DNA from: a virus
Lineage: Duplodnaviria > Caudoviricetes
Length of the DNA: 64,000 nucleotides
Strand: one strand, 5' to 3'
Virus record (IMG/VR): IMGVR_UViG_3300023174_000144
Span: 1 to 64,000 of that record
Part shown: positions 1-8,358 of the stretch, one piece after another
How the letters are laid out: each line of letters opens with the position of its first letter
Position numbering within the stretch: the stretch's first letter is position 1
Translations under genes and position numbers: made by a program
The notes under the pieces: generated by a model
The model's input: only the letters and a program-made list of their open reading frames with translations
Database searches by the model: none
What the model was told of the DNA's origin: nothing

Positions 1-11
1 AGTAATAGATT

Positions 12-287
12 ATGACAAAGAAGATGAAGATGAAAAAGTTTAAAACTATCAAAGATTACCTTGAGACTTGTTCAGAGGACGAGAAAGAGTTTATCTATGA
101 TATTTATTTTGATATGTCAGTAGATGATCTTGTTGAAATTATCTTTGGCAATTTGCCACCAGATGATGTTATTCAAGAAATAGAAGAATACAGAGAAGAA
201 TTAGAATGGGATGATAATGAAGCTGAAAAATCAAATAAAGGCAAGAGAAAGTGTGATTGTGACTTTGTTGGATGCCAAGGTTGCTAA
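12..287 (+). CDS. hypothetical acidic protein
   Basis: ORF on the same strand as neighbours; D/E-rich, ends in CxCxxxGCxGC. Confidence 0.6.
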   Translation: MTKKMKMKKFKTIKDYLETCSEDEKEFIYDIYFDMSVDDLVEIIFGNLPPDDVIQEIEEYREELEWDDNEAEKSNKGKRKCDCDFVGCQGC

Positions 288-393
288 ATGAAAAATAAAC
301 ATAAACTTTCCAAAAAAGAAATAAAAAATTTAAGAAAGAACAAAAAGCAACTTTCAAAGTATGCTCTAAAAGAAATATCTGAAAGGTTAAATA

Positions 394-627
394 ATGAAAA
401 ATAAAATACCACAAATTACATATAGCAATCTCAAATCTGTTACATCTTATGTTGCAGATTTAAAAGGAGACGAGAAAGCATTTAAAATACTAAAGAATGT
501 GGGCAAGAAAGTTATTACAGAAGAAGAATATATTATGATTGGATTTAGGCATATATTTTCAAAATCAAAAAATAATAAATTTGAATTGACTTCTATTAAT
601 AAAAAGTTAAAATCTAAAAAGAAATGA
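394..627 (+). CDS. hypothetical protein
   Basis: Part of a tightly packed co-directional ORF string. Confidence 0.55.
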   Translation: MKNKIPQITYSNLKSVTSYVADLKGDEKAFKILKNVGKKVITEEEYIMIGFRHIFSKSKNNKFELTSINKKLKSKKK

Positions 628-806
628 AGAATAAAACTCAACTGATGATTGACCCGCCTTCTGGTTGGAGATATGGTTTTCCTAAACCATACGATGAAAA
701 CAAAGATGGAGATTTAAGAGCTTTCTTAAAAAGTAATGGTTATCCAACAAAAGATATTGACTTTGCTTTAGAACATTGTAGAATGTTTTATGAGGAGATT
801 GAATAA
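624..806 (+). CDS. hypothetical protein (IDPPSGWRYGFPK motif)
   Basis: ATGA overlap with the previous ORF; non-random motif typical of small phage proteins. Confidence 0.65.
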   Translation: MKNKTQLMIDPPSGWRYGFPKPYDENKDGDLRAFLKSNGYPTKDIDFALEHCRMFYEEIE

Positions 807-1057
807 TGAAAACAGATAAATTCCTCGAAAAAGCCCTGCTTAAAATGTTTAAAGCTGTTGGTGCAGAAAAAGAGTTTAGCTTAGATTACTGCAAGCAAAA
901 TAGCTGGTTCACGAACTATACTTGGGAAGCAGATCAAATCCAAGAATATAAAACTTGGTTCTTGAAAAATGCTACGAAAGATTTACAACTCACAAAAAAA
1001 GGTGCAGAGCGTGAATGGTCTTATTTCTTTCTACAATGGGGATGGAAGCAGGATTAA
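806..1057 (+). CDS. hypothetical protein
   Basis: TAATG coupling to the previous ORF. Confidence 0.65.
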   Translation: MKTDKFLEKALLKMFKAVGAEKEFSLDYCKQNSWFTNYTWEADQIQEYKTWFLKNATKDLQLTKKGAEREWSYFFLQWGWKQD

Positions 1058-1083
1058 TTTTAAGAACAAAGGAGATAAAAACT

Positions 1084-1296
1084 ATGAAAACAACAAATGA
1101 AACTAAAAATTATCTTAAAGTAGGTAAATTTAAGAAAAAGAATGTTTATGATGCTGATGTGGATATGAGTCCAGATATGGAACAAATGTTTGAAAGTTTA
1201 GGTAAAGAAAACATTACAAGAGAGCAATATATTAATATTGGCTTTAACTATGCACTAATTAAAGGCTTGGGCGAGATTAAAAATAAAAAGAAATGA
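1084..1296 (+). CDS. hypothetical protein
   Basis: Start moved from 1015 to ATG 1084, which has GGAG upstream; overlaps the next ORF by ATGA. Confidence 0.6.
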   Translation: MKTTNETKNYLKVGKFKKKNVYDADVDMSPDMEQMFESLGKENITREQYINIGFNYALIKGLGEIKNKKK

Positions 1297-1481
1297 AAAA
1301 TAAATTATCTTTAGATGATATAATTAAATTTAGTGAAGCATTAGATAGAATTGAAAGAAAACTAGATATTGCTCTTAAACTATTTAATCCACCTCGTTTA
1401 GATATAAAAGGTTATTCAGTTAAAAATATTGACTTAAAAACTAAAGTAGCGTATTTTAAGACTAAAGGCAACAAAGAATAA
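1293..1481 (+). CDS. hypothetical protein
   Basis: Coupled ORF. Confidence 0.55.
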   Translation: MKNKLSLDDIIKFSEALDRIERKLDIALKLFNPPRLDIKGYSVKNIDLKTKVAYFKTKGNKE

Positions 1482-1484
1482 GAT

Positions 1485-1679
1485 ATGAACAAAGAATTTT
1501 ACAATAATCCACTCTTAAAATCTCCTCAAGAACTTAAAAAAGATTTAGTAAAATACAAAAAGCTATTACGATCAGAATATAATAAACTTTGTAAGAAATA
1601 CGCTCAAAAAGGATTTATTCTTGTAGAAAATCCTATTAGTCACTATAATGGTAAAATATTCTTTAATAGTATTCAATAA
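1485..1679 (+). CDS. hypothetical protein
   Basis: Coupled ORF. Confidence 0.5.
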   Translation: MNKEFYNNPLLKSPQELKKDLVKYKKLLRSEYNKLCKKYAQKGFILVENPISHYNGKIFFNSIQ

Positions 1680-1680
1680 A

Positions 1681-2016
1681 ATGACATTTAATAATTTTCA
1701 GACTAATGCTAGTAGAACTGTTTTTTATCCAAGAGATTTAGCTGGTGATGGTTTATACTATACTACTTTAGGGCTTGTTGGTGAAGCTGGTGAGATTGCT
1801 AATAAAGTTAAGAAGGTAATGAGAGATAACAATGGAAATCTCTCAAAAGAAAATAAAGCTAGTATTGCTGATGAACTTGGTGATGTGCTTTGGTATTGTG
1901 CGAGTTTAGCAGATGAACTTGGTATGAATCTTGAAGATATTGCAGGAAATAATTTAATTAAACTTGCAGATAGATTAAAAAGAGGTAAAATAAAAGGAAG
2001 TGGAGATAAAAGATGA
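1681..2016 (+). CDS. mazG: MazG-like nucleoside triphosphate pyrophosphohydrolase
   Basis: LGLVGEAGEIANKVKK...ADELGDVLWY all-alpha NTP-PPase ExxE/ExxD signature; start at ATG 1681. Confidence 0.9.
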   Translation: MTFNNFQTNASRTVFYPRDLAGDGLYYTTLGLVGEAGEIANKVKKVMRDNNGNLSKENKASIADELGDVLWYCASLADELGMNLEDIAGNNLIKLADRLKRGKIKGSGDKR

Positions 2017-2300
2017 GTCCTATACTTGGAGCTAACCCATTAGATTATGATGCAAAATATCCTCAAACTGCTGATACTAGCGTAAATGAAGATGCTAAAA
2101 TGTTTATTATGGAACGAAATATTGGCAAAGAAGTAATGTTTCAGATCGAAGATGGAACTCAATACTATGGTAAGATTAGCTATGTGCCAAATAGCGAGCA
2201 TTATTGTGTTGTGGTTGATAACAAAGGAACTCCTTGGGAATGGTATGTTAGAGAAGAAGCTGTTCATTTTGTAGAAGATATTGGAACTAAAATAGTATGA
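2013..2300 (+). CDS. hypothetical protein
   Basis: ATGA overlap with mazG. Confidence 0.65.
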   Translation: MSPILGANPLDYDAKYPQTADTSVNEDAKMFIMERNIGKEVMFQIEDGTQYYGKISYVPNSEHYCVVVDNKGTPWEWYVREEAVHFVEDIGTKIV

Positions 2301-2369
2301 ATTGGAGTTTCTTGAGCTTAATTGTGCCATTATTCGCAGTATGTCTTGTTGGATGGTTTGTTTATTTAA

Positions 2370-2552
2370 TTGAAAGATAATATGCTTCTTATAGTTAATG
2401 ATAATCTAGCTTATACTGATCTAAACCCCACTATTAGCCTTGATCTTACAATATTCTTGTGCGGATTTTTGGCACTATTTATATTAACCTCTTGTATTTT
2501 GCTTGAAGTTAAAAGAATAAGGATGTATATTAAAAGGAGAGGAGATAAGTAA
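2370..2552 (+). CDS. small membrane protein
   Basis: One hydrophobic segment followed by a basic tail. Confidence 0.45.
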   Translation: MKDNMLLIVNDNLAYTDLNPTISLDLTIFLCGFLALFILTSCILLEVKRIRMYIKRRGDK

Positions 2553-2553
2553 T

Positions 2554-2751
2554 ATGTTGTCTTTGTTAGGTAGTCAAATGAACTTTAAAGGACATATATT
2601 TAAGCCTTTTTATTTGATACTAGGAGTGTTATGCTTTACTATACTATTACTTTTACTAGGTTGTTTGTATATTGTGTTGTTTTTAAGAAATACTCTAGAG
2701 ATAACACTAAAACAGATAGATAAGAATAGAAAAAAGTATAATAATATATAG
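2554..2751 (+). CDS. small membrane protein
   Basis: Hydrophobic segment LILGVLCFTILLLLLGCLYIVLF. Confidence 0.45.
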   Translation: MLSLLGSQMNFKGHIFKPFYLILGVLCFTILLLLLGCLYIVLFLRNTLEITLKQIDKNRKKYNNI

Positions 2752-2815
2752 TAGTATATAATTAGTGGGGTTTCTGAATATTATATTTATCTTAAAACAA
2801 TAATAAAAATCTATT

Positions 2816-3250
2816 ATGCAAGATTTATTTGATAACTTACAATCCTTTTATAAGCAGTATAAAGACCCTAAATATATAATAGATGATTGGGCTATTGTAG
2901 ATAACACCTTTTATGAAACTTATAAGAATAAAGTTAAACTAATAAGCATAAGACTTAATAGCACAGCTATACCAGTTAAAGATATAGATGGAGTATATGT
3001 AAATAATATTCAAAATACAGCTTATTGTGAGACTATGGATAAGTATGTTAAATTAAGATACAATAGTAATTTTATAGCAGTAAATATATATGAAAGAGAA
3101 CTAGAATACAATAAAGGTATTAAGCTAGTAGCTATAAGAAAGATGACTGACTTTAATCTATTAGATAAACCGCCCGAATTTAAATTCATTTTAAATATAC
3201 TTGGCTGGAAAGCAAGCAAAAAGGTATTAGATAATATTGAAACTTTTTAG
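2816..3250 (+). CDS. hypothetical protein
   Basis: 144-aa ORF. Confidence 0.6.
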   Translation: MQDLFDNLQSFYKQYKDPKYIIDDWAIVDNTFYETYKNKVKLISIRLNSTAIPVKDIDGVYVNNIQNTAYCETMDKYVKLRYNSNFIAVNIYERELEYNKGIKLVAIRKMTDFNLLDKPPEFKFILNILGWKASKKVLDNIETF

Positions 3251-3287
3251 TTGATTTTAGGTTATTTTAGAGTATATTAAATATAAT

Positions 3288-3503
3288 ATGAAAAAGAATA
3301 AAAAAGATAGCAAACTTATATTAAGTCCAACTCATCTTAAAGACCTCAATCATTGGCGAGATCAATTATTAGCATTAGAGAAAAGCTATTATAGCAAAGA
3401 CCCAGAAAAAGAAAGAACTATTAAGAATATGCTAAATAAGTATCTAGATGATGTGATTGATTATAATAAAAAAGTTAATGAACAATCTAAAAATAAGGTG
3501 TAA
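3288..3503 (+). CDS. hypothetical protein
   Basis: ORF behind TTGATT-N16-TATATT. Confidence 0.55.
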   Translation: MKKNKKDSKLILSPTHLKDLNHWRDQLLALEKSYYSKDPEKERTIKNMLNKYLDDVIDYNKKVNEQSKNKV

Positions 3504-3542
3504 AGCTATATACAACATTATGGAAATATTAATCCTTGGAGC

Positions 3543-3761
3543 TTGTTTTATAATTGGTGGAATAACTGGAATCAGAATATGAATTTTCTATCCGAAATTT
3601 ATTGGACTATCAAGTGGAAGATCGAAGATGCTCTATATGCTATTAAAGATAAGTTTAATAATGACAAATATGAACCTTTTGTTGGTGAAGAATATGTAGA
3701 AGAAGTTGAAGATAAGCCAAAAAAGAAAAAAGCTAAAAAGAAAGCCAAAAATAAGAAATAA
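3543..3761 (+). CDS. hypothetical protein
   Basis: ORF with Lys-rich tail; start uncertain. Confidence 0.5.
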   Translation: MFYNWWNNWNQNMNFLSEIYWTIKWKIEDALYAIKDKFNNDKYEPFVGEEYVEEVEDKPKKKKAKKKAKNKK

Positions 3762-4060
3762 GTGAAATTTCTAGTTAAACTCTGGAAAGCTATTATAGGA
3801 TTGAAATTGGGTTGTGGGTGTGGTGGTTGCAGAAGAAAATAAACAAAATAATATAAAATAATATATTGACATTAATCTAAATTAATGGCATAATACTAAT
3901 ATGAACAAAACATATACATACACATACAATCTTGATGGTCAAGTTGTTACAAGCCCAAAGGTCTATCCTACCCTCCGTGGTGCAAAGATCGCCCTAAAGC
4001 GTTTGAGCAACCAACTCGTCAAGCAAGGCAAGTCAGTTAGCAACCAAGTAGTTAATCATA

Positions 4061-4273
4061 ATGGCTAATAAAAATACTTTGCGTAAGCGTAGGGCAGGTG
4101 TGGAAGGTTATGGTGAAAAGCGAGGAGTCGCAATAAACACCAGTAGCAATCCAGACCGCAAATCTCCTAAAAGAAATTTTAAGATGAAAGATAGACCTGT
4201 GCAAGCTATATCTTTAGATTCTGATGATGCACCAAGAGTGCAAGACGAGAAGATAAAGAAGAAAGATAGCTAA
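4061..4273 (+). CDS. small basic hypothetical protein
   Basis: ORF. Confidence 0.55.
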   Translation: MANKNTLRKRRAGVEGYGEKRGVAINTSSNPDRKSPKRNFKMKDRPVQAISLDSDDAPRVQDEKIKKKDS

Positions 4274-4316
4274 ACGCTGGGTATGCTAATTAAGGTTCGA
4301 TTCCTTATTTAGCTAT
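4266..4316 (+). pseudogene. tRNA-like remnant (acceptor-like stem plus T-arm only)
   Basis: ATAGCTAAA (4266-74) pairs with TTTAGCTAT (4308-16); T-arm TAAGG-TTCGATT-CCTTA (4291-4307); only 16 nt where the D and anticodon arms should be. Confidence 0.45.
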
Positions 4317-4650
4317 TAAAAAATGTGAATACTTACTATGGTTTAACGACCCAATTAGTTTGGGTGAAGATTGCTGGCGAACAAGGTTCTGCCAGCGACT
4401 TCTTGCTTGTATTAGATGAGGAGAATTTCCGTAAGTTCATTAATCAAGCAAATGAATTATTAAATCAACAATAATATGTGGAGTCCAATAGATATTTTCG
4501 CACTTTGCTTTTTATTAAATTTTAGTCCAGATAGTAATGCTAGATTAAATGTGAAAGAAACTATCTTAAATAATCAAAATAAAGAGATAGCTCAAAGCGT
4601 TACTTTAAGAAAAGATTGACAAAATAATTTATTTAGAGTAGTATTATATA

Positions 4651-4756
4651 CTTGGAAGCCGTGACCCAAGGAAGCGTAGGTTGGTGGTTAGCCTAATAGG
4701 TATAACAGCCGAAGTTGAAGTTTCTACCTGTTGTATTTATAAAAACCACCATTTTT
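4651..4756 (+). ncRNA. candidate structured RNA
   Basis: Promoter TTGACA(4616)-N17-TAGTAT; stems TGGTGGTT/AACCACCA and ATAGGTATAACAG/CTGTTGTATTTAT, then a T-tract; no ORF. Confidence 0.35.
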
Positions 4757-4762
4757 AAATAA

Positions 4763-4999
4763 GTGATAACAAATAACCAAATAAATGCTTTGACCGAAGA
4801 AGAACTAACTTATCTTGTAGCTTGTTGTAATGATGAATGGTATCATCAAAATATGGGGTATCCATTTCAGTTTCATTATATTAAGTCTTGGAGAAATGAT
4901 AAAGTCCAATTAACTTTAAATAAATACTCAAATAATTTGCCAGATGACAAAAAGAATATTATAATGAGCATACTACAAAAATTGGAGGAAAATAAATGA
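4763..4999 (+). CDS. hypothetical protein
   Basis: ORF with GTG start. Confidence 0.55.
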   Translation: MITNNQINALTEEELTYLVACCNDEWYHQNMGYPFQFHYIKSWRNDKVQLTLNKYSNNLPDDKKNIIMSILQKLEENK

Positions 5000-5232
5000 A
5001 TCACTTAACAGCTTGGGCAATTACTATAACAGCTTTCAGTTCGGGGCTATATAGTATTTATAAATTTATTAGAGCTAAATATGTAAGCTATGATATAACT
5101 CCTATTCATTACTGGTCAAATAGAAAGCAAAAAATAAAGAAAAGATATAAGACTTACAGAAAGCATAAAGCTAAAAAGCGAAATAGCTATCTTGCAGTTA
5201 TAAATAAATATAAATTGACATCTCGTAAATAA
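4996..5232 (+). CDS. membrane-anchored basic protein
   Basis: N-terminal hydrophobic segment; ATGA overlap. Confidence 0.5.
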   Translation: MNHLTAWAITITAFSSGLYSIYKFIRAKYVSYDITPIHYWSNRKQKIKKRYKTYRKHKAKKRNSYLAVINKYKLTSRK

Positions 5233-5248
5233 AGGTTATATTAGATCT

Positions 5249-5431
5249 ATGAGCCAATATACAGATGAAAATTTTAAAAGAGAAGATTGGGAATTAATTC
5301 AAGATGCTATTGTTGATCAGATCTCGTACCTTAAGCATAGGCAACAATATGGGTATGAGGAGCAGGTTGAGCGTCTAGAAGCCTTGCTAGAAAAAGCTAG
5401 AATTAGTAGATTAGTTGCAAATAAGGGGTAA
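5249..5431 (+). CDS. hypothetical protein (leaderless)
   Basis: TTGACA(5215)-N16-TATATT-N6-ATG. Confidence 0.7.
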   Translation: MSQYTDENFKREDWELIQDAIVDQISYLKHRQQYGYEEQVERLEALLEKARISRLVANKG

Positions 5432-5540
5432 TCAAATAATGAATTATTATTATATCTTTGGTGTTATTTTTGTAGTATATATTTTAAATATTTTTCTGAA
5501 TAGAGATTGACAAAGTTTAAGTTTAGGTTATATTGGATGT

Positions 5541-6050
5541 ATGAGCAAAACATCTAAATCCAAAAAAGTTAAAATGCCCAAGATGGATGACATCATGGCA
5601 CAAATTAAAGCAGACCAAATTAAGAAAGCAGAGCAAGTAAAGCATAATGCTAAACTATTATTTGATACTCTACAAGAAACCAAAGTAGCCAGTATCGAAG
5701 TAACCTTTGATGGTTGTGGAGATAGTGGTCAGATCGAAAGCGTAGTCTACGAAGATCACAGAGGCAAAGAAGTATCAGAGCCTAAACTAGTAGTTAAAGG
5801 TTCATATAAAGGCAAGCATCAAGAATGGGATGACCAGAAGAAAACCTTTGTTGAAGTTGGTGGTGGCGAAGGAAAGGTTCGTGATATCGTTGAGCAAGTA
5901 TGCTATGATAAGTTAGAAGCCAGTCACGGAGGTTGGGAGATTAACGGAGGTAGCTATGGAACATTTCACTTTGATGTTCTAAACCGCAAAGTTAATCTTG
6001 AGTTCAATGAGAGGATTGAGGAAGTGAACTCTAGCGAGGAAAGTTTCTAA
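5541..6050 (+). CDS. DUF6878-like conserved phage protein
   Basis: EVTFDGCGDSGQIE ... GGWEINGGSYGTFHFD motifs recalled as DUF6878; leaderless promoter at 5507. Confidence 0.7.
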   Translation: MSKTSKSKKVKMPKMDDIMAQIKADQIKKAEQVKHNAKLLFDTLQETKVASIEVTFDGCGDSGQIESVVYEDHRGKEVSEPKLVVKGSYKGKHQEWDDQKKTFVEVGGGEGKVRDIVEQVCYDKLEASHGGWEINGGSYGTFHFDVLNRKVNLEFNERIEEVNSSEESF

Positions 6051-6400
6051 TGGCTAATCCATACCATCATTCTGTCTCTTCGTCAAAGAAGTGGGGTGGA
6101 ACGCCCGAAGATTATCAGAGGATTCATGATTGGTTTGATGAGAGTAAGATGATGATGGCAGACTTCCGACATCGTGCTCTTCGACATCACGCTGAAGGTA
6201 TCTTTATGTGTGAGAGGATATTTGGTCATACGATCACATTATCCAATGGCAAAAAGATTCCTACTCGTTGGGTTGGCGAACAGCATGTAGCAGAGGACTT
6301 GGGATTTATTCCATCTATGCAAGATTGGCTTAAACATATTATGCCAGAACCTTGGATGGGCAAGACGAAGAAACTTGATGTGGAGTTAAATCCCGCATAA
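6050..6400 (+). CDS. DUF6915-like His-rich conserved protein
   Basis: PYHHSVSSSKKWGG..DYQRIHDWFDESK...HRALRHHAEGIF...EQHVAED recalled as DUF6915; TAATG coupling. Confidence 0.75.
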   Translation: MANPYHHSVSSSKKWGGTPEDYQRIHDWFDESKMMMADFRHRALRHHAEGIFMCERIFGHTITLSNGKKIPTRWVGEQHVAEDLGFIPSMQDWLKHIMPEPWMGKTKKLDVELNPA

Positions 6401-6706
6401 ACTTTTGGTGAGGTGATGGTGGTCATCGGTGGTCACTCCGTTATAGTGAATCGTTTGTAAGTACCGAAGAACTTTCACTTTTTTAAAAAAAAAGTTCTAC
6501 AAGATGTAGTATTTGCTGTATAATATGGTGATGAAACATCAACCAATATTAGAAGCACTTAAACAACAAATAGAAATGGAGAAAAATTTAAGTTATGGAG
6601 ATAGTTTTAATTTCATTGGTGGGATTGTTGGTTGGTCTAGCGATCTCTTGGTAAAAAAAGAAGAAAACAATTTGACAGAAGTTAAAGTTTAGGTTAGTAT
6701 AACAAT

Positions 6707-6785
6707 AGTAGAAGGCAAACTCTCGGTTGCGAGAGGATGTAATGGAAGAGAGCGAGGCGCCGTATATCTTTTCCGTTCCTTCTAC
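6707..6785 (+). ncRNA. c-di-GMP-I (GEMM)-like three-way-junction RNA
   Basis: Promoter TTGACA(6672)-N17-TAGTAT; stems GTAGAAGG/CCTTCTAC, CTCTCG-GTTG-CGAGAG and GGAAGAGA/TCTTTTCC; junction GGCAAAC...GGATGTAATGG. Confidence 0.45.
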
Positions 6786-6897
6786 ATTGATTTCCGCACG
6801 AAATCAAGCATTGGTTGTTGAGGGGATTGCGGAATTAACCTCGACCATATATGTCTTGAGCGTTTTTTGGTGTCGCAGAAACCATATTTTTTTCAAA

Positions 6898-6971
6898 GGA
6901 ATCGTAGCTTAATTGGTTAAAGCATCGCCCTGTCACGGCGAGGAGTGAGGGTTCAAGTCCCTTCGATTCCG
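6898..6971 (+). tRNA. trnD: tRNA-Asp(GTC)
   Basis: Cloverleaf GGAATCG/CGATTCC; anticodon arm TCGCC-CTGTCAC-GGCGA; T-loop TTCAAGT; no encoded CCA. Confidence 0.95.
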
Positions 6972-7150
6972 AATTGACAAAAATAATAATCTAAATAATA
7001 TAAATAAATGAACAACTTACCAGAACAAAAAAGTCAATTCAGATTACTAATAGAAACAACATTAATAACTATTATAGCTTTGAGTGCTTGGATTGGTTTT
7101 GTTTATTTTATTTACTTGACAGATTAACAAAATAAATATATATTTATATT

Positions 7151-7372
7151 TGCAGGACAGATTGTGACGAAGTGGATTGGCATAGGCATATGTGATCTAT
7201 CGAGCCAAAGTAATCTGGTAGGGTCGCACCCTTGAGGTAGAAGGATAAGCATCTGAAAAGATGTGCCTTAAACTACACCGCTTCTGTGAAGAGCAGGAGT
7301 TCACAATTAATGGGCAGATCTGAGGATCTGAAAAGGTAAGCAACAAAAACTTATCGTGCCTAGTCCTTTTTT
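7151..7372 (+). ncRNA. candidate ~220-nt multi-hairpin RNA
   Basis: Promoter TTGACA(7116)-N17-TATATT; hairpins AGGGT-CGC-ACCCT, CATCT-GAAA-AGATG, TCT-GTGA-AGA and CAGATC-TGAG-GATCTG; AGGAC/GTCCT closure then a T-tract; no ORF. Confidence 0.5.
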
Positions 7373-7407
7373 CTTTACTAAATAATAATCTAAGTTATAT
7401 TTAACTT

Positions 7408-7692
7408 ATGACTAAAACATTCAAAATAGGCGAGACAGCACTTGGCGGAACTATCAAGGTAAGTATTCCTAAAACATTAACTAATATTAAGATAGATGTT
7501 ATATCTACTAATCATATTACCAGAGGTTCTTGTGATGCACCATACTTAATTAATCAGTATATCTATTATAGCTTTGATAGAATTAGAATCGAAAGAGATT
7601 TGTTTCAAATAGTAAGTGGTTACTGGTCAGATCAGATCCTTAAATGGATTACTAGCAAGTGGCAAATAGAGATTCCTAAAAATATAATTTGA
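7408..7692 (+). CDS. hypothetical protein (leaderless)
   Basis: TTTACT-N16-TATATT-N6-ATG. Confidence 0.65.
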   Translation: MTKTFKIGETALGGTIKVSIPKTLTNIKIDVISTNHITRGSCDAPYLINQYIYYSFDRIRIERDLFQIVSGYWSDQILKWITSKWQIEIPKNII

Positions 7693-7722
7693 CAATAAAT
7701 ATAAAAGGAGTATATTAAAACT

Positions 7723-7959
7723 ATGAACAACACCGAAAAACCCCTAAAGAAATTCACGATTCGTATGCAACGCAACCAAATCGCAGAAGTGGACATCGAG
7801 GTGGAGGCCACATCAGATGAGGAAGCGGTTGATAAAGCAACAGAGATGGCCGAGAATTGCACAGACGCAAATGGCTTTGCCCTTGAGTGGGATGAGGTTG
7901 ATTATAACTTTGAAGCTATTGATGTCGAGGAAGAAGAGGAGGACGAAGATGAAAGCTAA
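7723..7959 (+). CDS. small highly acidic protein (leaderless)
   Basis: TTGACA(7689)-N16-TATATT-N6-ATG; EVEATSDEEAVDKA motif; poly-E/D tail. Confidence 0.75.
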   Translation: MNNTEKPLKKFTIRMQRNQIAEVDIEVEATSDEEAVDKATEMAENCTDANGFALEWDEVDYNFEAIDVEEEEEDEDES

Positions 7960-8206
7960 AACAACGGAAGATATTATTAATAAAATTTATGATAGAATTG
8001 CTAGATGCTCACAAGAAATTCACCATAAGTCAGCATGGCAAACCAAGATGTTACTTGGAATTCCTTTAGACGAGAACGAAAAACAGGAAGAGCCAAAAGA
8101 ATTAGAAGCAGTAGTTCATGAATTGGAAGATGTAATAGATTGGATTGAAGGCAACGGCCCTAGAGAGGGTAGTCTATGGACTTCCGAGGAGTGGGCAAAC
8201 AAATGA
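7949..8206 (+). CDS. hypothetical protein
   Basis: Start moved to ATG 7949, which has GAGGAGG upstream. Confidence 0.65.
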   Translation: MKAKTTEDIINKIYDRIARCSQEIHHKSAWQTKMLLGIPLDENEKQEEPKELEAVVHELEDVIDWIEGNGPREGSLWTSEEWANK

Positions 8207-8358
8207 AGTCGAGTGAACAAATTGCTAAAGAAATCAGTGATAGGATTGTAGAATATAAAGCACTTATGGTTGAGCATAATAATAATCAAAGTGCGGTTGA
8301 TGAATTAGAAAGTGCAATTCACGAACTAGATCATCTATTAAGGTGGATTAATGAGTAA
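8203..8358 (+). CDS. hypothetical protein
   Basis: ATG 8203 overlaps the previous stop. Confidence 0.55.
   Translation: MKSSEQIAKEISDRIVEYKALMVEHNNNQSAVDELESAIHELDHLLRWINE

Noticed and set aside
7315-7336. Hammerhead ribozyme (CTGAGGA...GAAA)
   Set aside because: Only 3 nt separate the two core motifs, CTGAGGA lies inside a perfect hairpin, and stems I and III could not be found
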